From the NCBI RefSeq assembly GCF_009914755.1, contig NC_060932.1: 64,000 bases of DNA, one strand, 5' to 3'. The notes beneath the pieces were generated by a model. It was given only the letters and a program-made list of their open reading frames with translations, was not told the DNA's origin and did no database searches. The translations under genes and the position numbers were made by a program. Shown here one piece after another: positions 1-14,719 of the stretch. The stretch is from the human T2T-CHM13v2.0 reference genome, Homo sapiens. Each line of letters opens with the position of its first letter. Positions within the stretch are counted from its first letter, which is position 1.

Positions 1-254
1 AGCCAGTAGTGCTCTTTCTTTACCTCTGCCCAAATGAGGGCAAGGAGATGAAGCGTGGCTGAAAGCATCAGCCTCTTCCCAGCTGTCCTGATTGCATGGG
101 CCGCTTGTCCACTGGACAGGTACTTTTCCTGCCGGGCCTGCTCGTGTGGTTTGGACAGATGCCCAACTGTCAGGCTCACTCTGTTCTGTTCAGGGAGCTG
201 GCATTTGCTCCAGTTTCCTCACCTGCCCACAGGGCAGGTGTGTGTCTGTGCGCC

Positions 255-362
255 CCAACCCCCTTGTCTTATGAGGCCCACTCTAATCCAAAAGGACCTC
301 ATCTTTACATAATCAGATCTGCTACGATACTATTTCCAAATAAGGCCATGTTCACAGATATA
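255..362 (-). mobile_element. MLT1 (MaLR) LTR fragment
   Basis: Resembles the reverse complement of the MLT1 5' part (ggcccactctaatcc...gacctcatc...tatttccaaataaggcc). Confidence 0.55.
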
Positions 363-849
363 TGAATGGTAAGAGCCAGTGGGCCAGGTTGCCCATGTGA
401 GGGAGCCGGTCTCCGCACCTTGAATTTCTCTACTGTTCTGGCCTCCGGGGCCATGACATTGAGGACGGCTGGCCACTGGGCATTGCTCCTTGCACCATTT
501 TCTCTGGGACTCCCTGATACATGTGAGGTTCTTCTTTCTCAGGCCTCTTTGAGGTGCAGGGACCCCCCCGCCCCCATTGCCTAGTACTCCAAACTGGCCT
601 AGGTCTACCTCTCCCAGCCCAAATGTCCTGAGGTCCGTGACTGGATTATGACTTCATAAACACCCTTCCCCCACCCTCACCACCACCACTTCCAGCATCT
701 GAGCTGGAAGACTGCCCGTGTCCTTCCAATCCACTTCCCTTCCCTGTTGTTCATCCTCACATTTCTCTAACCACAGGCCAGCAGAGCTAGAAAAAACCCT
801 AGGACAACTAGTCCAGCAACGGCGAAACATTCATTTTAACCTTAGTTCA

Positions 850-1760
<911 letters not shown>

Positions 1761-1788
1761 CTAGTAAATACACAGGTCCTGTTTATTC

Positions 1789-2140
<352 letters not shown>

Positions 2141-2387
2141 TGACCAAGATGGGAGTTAACCTTTCTAAAATCAATGTAGTATTTGCAATTTTCCTTTTTT
2201 GGGGAGACAGTTTTTACTTTAGGACCTAAGGGCTTGTGACTGTTATTTCTCCCTTTTAAAAATGAGTGTAAAACCTTTGTTTCGTTCATAATTTGCACCT
2301 TGACTTTCACTTTGTATAATGTTAGGTTTATCACCTCTGCTGTCTTTTCTGGTTTGTATTTCATTCACTGCTTCCTTCTGGAAATAA

Positions 2388-2497
2388 CATAGTGCTCCTA
2401 CTATGTGCCAGGCCTGTTCCAGGTACAGAGAATATAGCAGCAAACAAAACAGACCAGAGCTCTATCCTGGTGGAACTCACATTCAAGTTCGGGGGAT
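2388..2497 (-). mobile_element. L2 3' fragment
   Basis: ctactatgtgccaggcctgttccagg...aacaaaacagac matches the antisense L2a tail. Confidence 0.65.
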
Positions 2498-2879
2498 GGT
2501 AAACCAAAATACATAGGAAAAATAAACTTTTGTATTATCTGCATGTTGGACCCTTTGTAAGTCAAAGGTCCTCGCAGATCCGCAGGCAGGTGGGGAGCAG
2601 CAGAATATCACGGACACGCGTTAGAAACTTGGGGACCCACCCTCGACCAAGTGAATTCGCATCTGTGTTGTAGGAAGGTCCTCAGGTGATTCACAAACGC
2701 ATTCGAGTTTGACTGCGGCAAGGGCTAAGGAAAAAAAAACTAAGCAGTGAAGGGACTGAGGAGGGACTGTGAATTGCAGGAGCAGAGGTGCTGTGATTTT
2801 AAAACCAGTTGCCAGGGAACAGGGAAGGCCTGGTTTGGAAGAAGGCCCTTCTGTAAGATCTGAAGGGGGTGGGTATCCG

Positions 2880-4930
2880 GGAGAAGCCACAGCAGCAAAT
2901 GCGAAGACCCTCGGGCTTCGACGCAGGGACCTGCTGTTCAGAGAGGCTGGGGCAGAGCCAGCTAGGGGCAGCGTGGTCCCTGGTGCAGCCGGCTCGTTTT
3001 TACCTCGTCTGTGCTCTGTGTTTGGGGTGTGTCCTGCGGCACCGTCCCTGAGCGCTGGAACGTGCGCGGCCCCGCAGGGCAGTGCGGCCGGGGAATGCAC
3101 CGAGCTGCGCGCTTCCAGCGCCGTCGGTCTGGGGTTTCTGCCATTCTAACTCCCAAGGCTTTTCTATTTTGGGCTTAAAAAGATGCAGAGTCCCCTTTTA
3201 TCGGTCAGGCTTGTAGCAGAAGGTTCAGGTCCAAGAGGACCTTTTGGATTTAGTCCTTTCTGTCGGCTCCCGCAGTCAAAACCCCCTTCCCTTAAACTCC
3301 GCCTGCACTCGAGCCGTCTCTCTACACCATGGAACCTGCACAGAGGCGTCCAGGCCAGTGCACCCGAGCCGGGGCAGACGGAGAACGCCCCTGTGCTCAC
3401 CCTGCCCTCGGCCTTGCGTGGGGAAGAAGCTCTGGGTCTGACCCTGGCGAGTCACTGCGTCTCCCGACGCGCGCTGCTCCCTCTGCGAAAGGGGGAAATA
3501 TCAGCGGCCCAGCTGGGTGGTTCTGACCCAAGTGGGGTCACTTCTAGGGAAGCTGCTGTGGCCAGAAAGCACTGCACAAGAGACTAAGTGTAGCGCGCCG
3601 CCCTCGGCTAAACCACGGCTGTGCGGACCACCCTGGACCCGCGCCCCGATCTTCTGCTTTCTTCTGCACAGGGAGTTGTGAGGTTGCTACACCCCCGGGT
3701 CTGGATTCCGCACCCGCAGCGGCCCCCGCACGGTGACCACATACCAGGGACTCGACCGAGCATCTCCAGCCACAGGATTCCCCGGGGGAGCGTCCCCGAG
3801 CGGAGGAGAGGAGCGATTGGCTGGGAGGGAGGTGGGACGAGCGGTTACGCCGGCGCCAGGACACTGCGGGGCGGGGACCAGGGGACGGGCGGGGTGCGGA
3901 GGAGGGGGGAGGACGGAGTGGGACAGGAGAGGGGAGAGGAGAAGGAGGGAGGGGCGGAGGAGGGGAGAAGAGGGGACTGGGACGGGGTGACCCGAATGGG
4001 GAGGCGGGGCAGAGGGTACGGGGTGGGGGAGGGGAGAGGGCCGGTAGGGAGTGGAGAGGGAGGTTGTAGGGGAGAGGAAAGGGGGAGAGGGACCCACTGC
4101 GTAGGGAAGAAGGAAAGTGGGGTGGAGTGAGCGAAGAGGGGACAAGGGACTGGGTGTGGAGAGAAAACGGAGCTGAGTGGGGAGGAGAAGAAAAGGGAGA
4201 GAAGCTGAGAGGGGTGAGCAGGAGGAGGGAGGGCGGGGCGCCTCCCAGCAGTCGGGCGCAGGCCTAGGGTCCTCCCCTCCCCCAGAGGCCAACGTCCCTG
4301 GGGCGTGATTAGCAGCTCCTTGGGGAAGAGGACGGAGCCTGAGCTCGGGGCGCGGAGGTCTGGGCGGGGCGACCCGCGGCGCTGCTCGTGGCCGCGGCGA
4401 TGGCGCGGGGACCGGGGAGGTTTGTCCAGGAGGACGCTGGTCACACCGCGTTTCTGAAGCTTTCGATTCCTCTTCGGCTCTGCTCTCTGCAGCCGCCCTG
4501 CCTTCCCTCTGCGCGTCTGAGCCGAGTCCCCGGCGCCCAGGGGCGGGGCGGCGGGGTGGGGACACTCATGGACCCCCCAGCGAGGACCTGCTGGGTGCGA
4601 CTACATGGTCACCCGAAGGACCCTGAGAGAGGGGCAGCTGTAGGGGGTCCTTGAAGAGGGTCTGACTGCGGGGTTTGTGAGCGTCAGCGCGGGGGAGGCT
4701 TGGGCCTGGAAAGATGGGGGAGATCTGGCCGATAGAGACGTGAGTGCCCCAGAAAGGGGGGCCGAGGTGGTGGAGGCGGGCGCGCGGCTAGCTGGGGTCC
4801 AGGACAGGAGGGGCGGGAGGCAGCCGGGAAGGCCTCAGGCAGGGCCAGCGAGCAGCACCTCCTGCAGCCTGCCAAGTGCAGGTACGAGGCCACCCCTGCC
4901 CTCACCTATGTGTGACGCGTCGAGGTAACC
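2880..4930. promoter_or_regulatory. CpG island, promoter-like, with no coding gene attached
   Basis: About 2 kb of high GC and dense CpG, repeat-free, with multiple GC boxes (GGGGCGGGG) and G-runs. Confidence 0.85.
3790..4245 (+). repeat. GA-rich low-complexity polypurine tract
   Basis: Long G/A runs on the + strand. Confidence 0.85.
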
Positions 4931-5224
4931 TTTCTGAGCGTTGACTTGTCCACATATGCCAGTGGGGCAATCTCTGAGGGTGATGAACATGTGTAACATA
5001 TGGGAAGCTGTATAGTGGCCTTCCCAGCGTGGCTGCTTCATAAACTTAGTCCCTTTCCCTCCTGGAGGAAGGAAGTCAACCCAGAGGCTTCTCACTAATG
5101 GGCACTTTCCTAGCACAGGTAAGCGTCAAATGGAATCAAACAGAAGAGGCATCTCAGAGTTCAACAGAACAGGTGCCTGGCCTAGCTGGCCTCCGTTTGG
5201 GGGATGAATAAGAATCCCCTTACA

Positions 5225-5593
<369 letters not shown>

Positions 5594-5869
5594 TTATCAC
5601 AATACAAAGAATTTACTGCCATTGATTGCATCCGAATGGACAGACACACACAGATGCACATTTCATGGGAGTGTTTCTCTCATAAGCAGAGAGAACCCTT
5701 CTCAGCCTGAATTCCTTGACTTGCAAGTCTGTGTGGGATTCAGGATTACAGATTTAATGACCGAAACATAATAGGGTCTGAGAGGCGGGATCTACAGCAG
5801 AGCTGTGGGCAAAACTGCTGGAACCAGGCAGGTCCTACCTCCACGACACAGCATAGAGGGTGACGTGTC

Positions 5870-6030
5870 TGAGGGCACACAGGCTCTGGTTAGGCTTTGT
5901 GGAATTCTGACCTCAATGAGTCACTGAATTGTTGAGATTGCCCTGGTAAGTCAGATCTTGATTCAGTTTCTCCATGGGTAAATTGGGAGCAAATATACTG
6001 GCTGTTTAACTTCCCTTAGGGTAGGTGTGG
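5870..6030 (+). mobile_element. MIR fragment
   Basis: Degenerate MIR core (ggtaagtca...tcagtttctccatgggtaaattggg); carries an AP-1 site TGAGTCA at 5917-5923. Confidence 0.5.
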
Positions 6031-6953
6031 TCTTAAAATAGCTTCTCCAAGTTGAGGCAGTTGGTGGGTGTGACTGTCATTTCTGTGGGATGGAGGAGTT
6101 GCAGCCTTCCCGTGAGATCAGTGCCCTGGCATGGCTGAAGTGACATGGAGAGGCCAGGAGGCAGCCTGGCAGGAAGGGTGGCATCCCCCAAAGGGAGGGA
6201 AGAGGGAAGCTGGAGAGGTGTGGCCGACCCTTCCCAGAGAGACTTCATGACACTGGCATTCCCCAGGGGCAGTGTGTGGCTCTGTGAATGTTCCAGACAT
6301 TAGCCAGGGCAGTTGAAGCCGCCCTTTATGCCATACGTGGAACTGTGCTTTAGGAAGTGGCTTAGTTGGTGGAATAATCATTGCTGAACCACAATGCAAC
6401 CACAAATGCCAGCAAGTGTGCACCTTCTTTCCTGGTGAGTGCAATAGTCAGCCACATCCTTCTGGACCAGCCCGGCCTTGTTTCCTAACTGGGTGGGCCC
6501 TGCTTTGATGACAGGTGCATTCCTAGAGGTACTGTCTTCCTGCAGAGTTTTACGTAATGCAACGCCAAGAACGCTTTGATGGTGTGGGCTCTTACTGTCA
6601 TTGAAACATCCCAACGAACTCTCAGGGCAGCATTGAGTGAGAGCAATGGCTTGGGAGACCCTTCGTCATCTGGTTGGGCTGGTGTGTTTGCTGCCCTTGG
6701 AAATTCTCTCAGCATTTCCGCTGTTTGTCTCCTCAGCAAGCTTATTTATGTCTTTATACATACACTCAGGGGACCTAAAAATAATGTTTCTCATTTCAAT
6801 CAATCTTCCTCATCCTCAACATCTCGTTCAAGCCACACCTCTATCTCCCGTCCTCCCCGACAGCTTCAGGATTTTTCTCTGAGCTCATAGCATTCAGAGT
6901 CATTTCACACACATAATGGTCTTGAGTTGCCTGTCATTTTTAGGTTCTGAGTC

Positions 6954-7282
<329 letters not shown>

Positions 7283-7624
7283 TAAGTTTCCTGATGGCAG
7301 ATATGCTATGAGATATATCTTTGTACTTCTGATGAATCCAAAACAATGTGGAAGGTATTTCAGGCTCTCGCTCAATACTTAGAAATAAAACTGGTAGGTT
7401 GAATTACTTCTGGTAATTCAGTGTGCTGGGTTGAGCTCATTTCGTTCTTCTCTCACCCCATTCCGGAGATGGGACATTTATCTCCACCCCTTCCTGGGGC
7501 CCTGGCTCATGCCAAGCTGGGATGATAGACAAGTTTCTGGTAAGATGGAGAAAGGGGGTTAGTATAATAACACATTACAGTTGGGCTAAAGGAGTCAGCT
7601 TTAGCAAGATTTTGAATGACCTTG

Positions 7625-8420
7625 CAGGTAACAACCCCCAGCCCCCAAGACCTAGTGACTTAAAACAACAGCCGTTTATTTGCCCGTAAGTCTGCCATCT
7701 GGCCTGGGCTCATGTGGGTGGTTTTGCTGCACGTTCTTGCCTGGGCCACTTACAGGTTGCAGCCAGATGGCACCTCAGCCAGAAGGTCCAAGCCAGCCTC
7801 CTTCAGGTGGGCAGCATGCTGGCGGCAGTGGGAGGCCCCCAGGTCTCCTCCATGGAGCGGCCTCTCAGTCATTTTCATGGGACAGACTTTTTTTTTTTTT
7901 TTTTTTGAGACAAGGTCTCACTCTGTCGCCCAGGCTGGAGTACAGTGATGCAATCTCGGCTCACTGCAGCCTCGACTTCCCTGGCTCAGGTGATTCTACC
8001 ACCTCAGTCTCTGAAGTAGCTGGGATTACAGGTGCACACCACCATGCCCAGCTATTTTTTTTGTATTTTGTTACAGAGACGGGGTTTCACCATGTTGCCC
8101 AGGCTGGTCTCGAATTCCTGGGCTCAAGTGATCTGCCCGCCTTAGCCTCCCAAAGTGCTGGGATGACAGTGGCTCTGTGCTGGGCCAAGACTGTTTCTTA
8201 ACAGCAGGGCAGCTGGGTTCCAACAAGACAAAACCTTTTCTTGCCAATGTCTGACAGTCACACACTGTCACTTCCACTGCATTCCGTTGACTAAAGCAAG
8301 TCACTGGGCCAGCCAGGGCCCTGCAGGAGGGCCGTGGGGTCCATGGATTTATACGAGGAGTGGCAAAGTCATACTGCGTCAAGGCTTGCAGGATCGGAAG
8401 GATTGTTGTGGGTGTTTTTT
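7625..8420 (-). mobile_element. Old MLT1 (H/I/J-like) LTR split by an Alu
   Basis: tagtgacttaaaacaacagccgtttatt and gtcacttccactgcattccgttgactaaagcaagtcac motifs on either side of the Alu. Confidence 0.65.
7888..8186 (-). mobile_element. AluJ
   Basis: Antisense dimer with poly-T. Confidence 0.92.
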
Positions 8421-8861
8421 GAGACAGCCTACCTCACGGAGAGAGGCACATCTGTTAAGATTTCCTGAAGTAGCCCAGGAGGGTCCCTGTGCCTTTACAC
8501 AATCCCCCAACCCCCAGCTTCCCAGGTCCATACCTCCTCCAGCTCCTTGGCCTGAAGACCAGGTGGAACTGATGGACTCAAACCAGGGCTCATGATTCCG
8601 ACTGGTTTGTAGAGAGACTGAGGGTCCATGGGAGGATAAGAGGGAGAAGGAAGATGAGATGAGAGAGATGAGGCTGCCTGATGCCCCAGAGGAGGCTGGG
8701 TGTGGACCAAGAGGTGAGTCCACAGGAAAAGTCAGCAACTGTTTGGTGCCATCCTGTGGTTTTTGTGTCAGGCTATAATGCTTTTATTTCTGATTAAATA
8801 GCGTTTACCTTCTCAATTTCTATCCAGTAGGGGCATAGGTTAAACAATTGTCTGTTGTTTA

Positions 8862-8997
8862 TTTTTTTTTCTTCTTTTGTAGAGACGGGGTCTTGCTATT
8901 TTGCTCAGGCTGGTCTTGAACTCCTGGCCTCAAGCAGTCTTCCCTCCTTGGCCTCCCAAAGTGCTGAGACTACAGGCATAAACCACTGCATCCAGTC
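8862..8997 (-). mobile_element. Alu left monomer (FLAM-like)
   Basis: Single left arm with T-tail. Confidence 0.85.
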
Positions 8998-9160
8998 TAG
9001 TGTCCTGATAGAGACTAAGAATTTCCTCATAGCTGGAAATTTTTAGAGACCTTGTCTCTAAAAAACTTTTTTTTAATAAAAAAAAAAAAACGAATTTTCT
9101 TCTAATAGAAAATCCTGTCAGAAGAGCTGTGTTTAGATGTGTAATGAAAACACATGTACT

Positions 9161-9470
9161 AGCCAGGCATGGTGGCTCACACCTGTAATTCCAACACTTT
9201 GGGAGGCTGAGGTGGGAGGATTGTTTGAGGCCAGGAGTTTGAGACCAACTAGGGCAACAAAGCAAGACCCTGTCTCTACAAAACATTTTTTTTTTTAAAT
9301 TAGCCGAGTAAGGTGGTATGCGCCTGTAGTTCAGCTACTGGGGAGGCTGAGATAGGAGGATCACTTGAGCCCAGCAGTTCGAGGCTGCAGCGAGCCATGA
9401 TTGTACCAATGCACTCCTGCTAGGTGACAGAGGGAGCCCCTAACTCAAAACAAAGCAAAACAAAACTAAA
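9161..9470 (+). mobile_element. AluJ
   Basis: Full dimer with CAAAA-type tail. Confidence 0.9.
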
Positions 9471-10331
9471 TACAGGGGAAGAAAATTCCCACACACGTAA
9501 TGATTTTCTCTGTACTCTCAACTACTCTCAATACTTCACTTCTGAAACCAGATATGTGAACTTTTTCCCCACATTGACCAATTTTCCAACCCCAGCTGGA
9601 AGTCCTGAAATTCAATCCAATTCTGACACTACCTGGAGTTGGCACAGCCCCTACTGGTTGAAGTCTAATGGGACTGTCATTAGACTGCCCCCACTTCAGA
9701 CGCCAGTTGCAAGCCCGTGCTGTTACCTCTGCTTCTGATGGGCCAGTTACAAATCAGAGGTTCCCATGACCCCATCCTCAGATTCTATCATTGCTGGAAT
9801 GGCTCATAGAACTCAGGGAAACACCTTATTACGTTTGCATGTTTATTATAAAGGGCACCGCTCAGGAACAGGCGAAGGGAAGAGAGCACAGGGCAAGGGA
9901 TGGGGAAGGGCTTGGAGCCCCCATACTCCCCGCAGGCCTGCTGCCCTCCCAGCACCTCCATGTGTTCAGCATCCCAGAGCTCTCTGAATCCCACCTTTTT
10001 GGTGAGGCTTAATGATGCAGGCATGACTGATGAAATCGTTGGCCATTGGCCATTCAACTCAATCTCCAGCCCCTCAGTCTCCTCCAGCCTCCCCAGGGGG
10101 TGATAATTGGGGGGCAGTTCTGAAAGTTCCCATCCTCTGATCACATGGTTGGTTCCTCTGGCAACCAGCACCCCCATCCTCCAAGAGCCACCTCATCAGC
10201 AGAAACTCAGGTTGAAAGGGGCTTGTTATGAATCACTTAGGAAATTCCAAGCGTTTTACGAGCTCTGTGCCCAGTACAGGGTTGAAGACCAAGTGTGTAG
10301 CTCTTATTATAAATCACAATACTGTATCACA
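9471..10331 (-). mobile_element. MER21-family solo LTR
   Basis: Minus strand begins TGTGATACAGTATTGTGATTTATAATAAG...GGTCTTCAACCC...GGCACAGAGCTC...CTTGGAATTTCCT, matching the MER21 start; ~860 bp long. Confidence 0.75.
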
Positions 10332-10854
10332 AAATAGTTAACCGACACTCTTCAGGACCAACAACAACAAAAACTCTCTCTCATCCAAATACCTGAGAAT
10401 CAGAAAGTTAAACTCTCAGATGCAACTGAGGGTGCTCAGCCCTTCTCTCTCCTCTGCAGCCTGGCCCCTCTGTCTTTGGCCCGTCTTATGGGAAGAGACC
10501 AACTCTCTCCAGCATACCTTGCAGACACAATGCAGCTATCTCCAGAGTCAACTCTGGAGGGACCTCAGGGAGCTGGAACATCACACGGTGCCAGAAATTT
10601 CTCTCTTCCTGGCCCAGGAAGCCAAGGCCATAATACCCTCAGTTTCAGCGACTGGGGTGGCATGTGAACTTTAGGGGGCTCCCCGGGTGAAAACACAAAT
10701 CCACATGTATTGAGCTGGACATGGAGGCTCATGCCTGCAATCCCAGCACCCCACTCTAGATGCCCTCATGTGGACACCTACCTTTTCAGGCCTCACAAAA
10801 TGACTTTAGGACTAAGTCGTTCAGGAAGGGAAGAGGAAGAGCAACATATTACAT

Positions 10855-10990
10855 CTGAAGTCTCGGTTTCCTTAACGTAAAATGAATGTCATCATGGTTT
10901 CTGCATAATATGGTTGCCATGAGAACTATGTGACATAATGTACCTCTGCCACATGGTGACCATACAGTGTCAACTGCCATCACCATTATT
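10855..10990 (+). mobile_element. MIR fragment
   Basis: tctcggtttccttaacgtaaaatg MIR core. Confidence 0.5.
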
Positions 10991-11012
10991 ATAAACCAAT
11001 GCCTGCATTGTC

Positions 11013-11147
11013 TTTATTGATTTATTTTTTTATTTTTAGTAGAGATGAGATCTCGCTTTGTTGCCCAGGCTGGTCTTGAACTCCTGAGCTCAGGAGATCC
11101 TTCCACCTCGGCCCTGCAAAGTGCTGAGTGAGCCATGTGCTCAGCCC
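11013..11147 (-). mobile_element. Alu left monomer (FLAM-like)
   Basis: Antisense left arm only. Confidence 0.85.
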
Positions 11148-11245
11148 AACACCTGCATTTTTATTTTGTCATTTGGCAGAAATGTATCAGAGACCCAGGG
11201 ACCAGAGTAATCCAGGAGGAGTGGGTGAGAGTGGTAGATATATCA

Positions 11246-11563
<318 letters not shown>

Positions 11564-11864
11564 GATAGGACGCTGATGGCTCTTTCTTAAGAGAATGAAG
11601 ACACTCATCATTATATTGACTAAGTTAAAATATATAAGTATAGAGAAGCAACTAGAAGGAAACACTCTAATATGTTAAGAGTGGTTATCTCTTTTGGTGG
11701 GATTATGTGATTTTAAAAAAGTTATGTGTTTTCTGAAATTTATGAAATGAATATTATTCAAATTTAGGAAAAAAATTTTGTTTTAGAAGGACGCTGGTTA
11801 AATTCAGTGTAACTCATTGAAAACTGCTCTGCACCTCAGCAGTTGGTGGTGCCTTTTTCTCCTG

Positions 11865-12057
11865 CCTGGATTCAAACCCTGGCTCTGCCTTTTACCAACT
11901 GGGGTGATCAGGGACAAGTTAATTAACTTCTCTGTGCCTTTGCTTTTTGTTTTGTAAAACAGGAGCTTACAGTGCCTAATTCAGGCTAATTTAGCAATTA
12001 AATGAGATACTGCTTATAAAGTACCCGGCACACATAAGTACACAAAAATGTTAGCTA
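11865..12057 (+). mobile_element. MIR
   Basis: ggattcaaaccctggctctgcc...aagttaattaacttctctgtgcct...aaatgagat...aaatgttagcta. Confidence 0.8.
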
Positions 12058-12450
<393 letters not shown>

Positions 12451-12759
12451 TCAGCTCAGGTATCTCAGAGGAAGAATTCTTCCTTCTCTGAGTGGCCTCA
12501 GCTATGCTGCCTCCTGGATTACTATCCTATTATTCACCCAAAGATTGCAGGCAGCTGGGCCTCCCATGGGACAACAATCTGAGGCAAGGGTGACAAACCA
12601 GGCAGAGGAAGTGTTTGTTTTCCCAACTTCTTGAGCGGGATCCAAAGACATCAGTTGCTTAGCTGACTCAGCCTCTTTGCATTAGGAGACCATGAGTGGC
12701 ACCCACAGGGCAAACGATATAGCTCTGTGTCTGAGTTGGTATCCAGTTTGGGATTTGTT

Positions 12760-12855
12760 ATTTCATTCATTTGATTGTTAAATTCACACATGTGTATTAG
12801 ATGCCTGCTATATGTCAGGCACTGCTGTAGGCAATGAGAGACAATTAAAATGCAA
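12760..12855 (-). mobile_element. L2 3' fragment
   Basis: ttcattcatt...gcctgctatatgtcaggcactg. Confidence 0.6.
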
Positions 12856-13040
12856 TGAATTAAAAATTAATTAATAAGGGATTGAACAAATATTTGTACA
12901 CTTATGTTCCTAGCGACATTTTTCATAATAGCCAAAAGGCAGAAGCAACCCAAGTGTCCACGGACAAATAAATTAATAAACAGAATGCAATCTAGATATA
13001 CAATGCAATGGTATTTAGCCCAACAAACCAAGGAAATTCT

Positions 13041-13347
13041 GGCCGGGTGCAGTGGCTCACACCTGTAATCCCAGCACTTTGGGAGGCCGAGGCAGGGGAT
13101 CGCTTGAGGCCAGGAGTTTGAAACCAGCCTGGTCAACATAGCCGGCCCCTGGCTGTACAAAAGGAAAAAAAAAAAAAAAATAACCAGGCATGGTAGTGTG
13201 CATCTGTAGTCCCAGCAATTCAGGAGGCTTAAGTGGGAGGACGGCTTGAGCCCAGGAGTTCAAGGCTGCAGTGAGCCATGATTGCACTCAAGCCTGGGCG
13301 ACACAGCAAGATTGTCTCAAAAAAAAAAAATGAATAAATAAAAAAAG
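13041..13347 (+). mobile_element. AluJ
   Basis: Dimer; TSD AAGGAAATTCT. Confidence 0.93.
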
Positions 13348-13628
13348 AAAGGAAATTCTGACACATGCTACTTAGAACATGGATGAACCTTGAGGACATT
13401 ATGTTAGGTGAAATCAGCCAGTCACAAAAAGACAAATAACTGTGAAATTCCACTTATATGAAGTGCCTAGAGGAGTCAAATTTATAAAGACAGAAAGTAG
13501 AAAGGTGGTTACCGGTAGCAATGGGAAGTAGTGGAGAATGGTTGTTTAATGTTTACAGAGCTTTAGTTTGGGGAGATGATAAAAGTTCTGGAGATGGGTG
13601 GGAGTGATAATTGCATGATGCGGGTGTA

Positions 13629-14485
<857 letters not shown>

Positions 14486-14534
14486 GTTCTTAATTGCCAC
14501 TGATCTGTACACTTAGCCAAGGTTAAAATGATAA

Positions 14535-14538
<4 letters not shown>

Positions 14539-14588
<50 letters not shown>

Positions 14589-14592
14589 TATA
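14539..14592. repeat. (TA)~18(CA)~7 compound microsatellite
   Basis: Directly visible. Confidence 0.95.
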
Positions 14593-14719
14593 CAGCACCA
14601 TGATTTTTTTAATGTGAAAAAATCATAATAGCTTTAGATAGTGAAATCAAGCACAGAAACTAAGCTCATGGAAAAATTTACAGAACAGATTTAGCTTTTG
14701 CAGTTTGTTTTTTTTGAAA

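Noticed and set aside
2620-2716. Possible MER5-type hAT fossil
   Set aside because: Similarity is too degenerate by eye to define ends.
3687-4565. 292-aa minus-strand ORF and overlapping Pro/Gly/Arg-rich ORFs in the CpG island
   Set aside because: Non-ATG start and low-complexity composition, as expected from stop-poor GC/GA-rich DNA; no recognisable domain.
7759-7775. CTCF-like motif GCAGCCAGATGGCAC (weaker ones at 57821 and 63800)
   Set aside because: Mismatches at key positions; cannot be supported without PWM or ChIP data.
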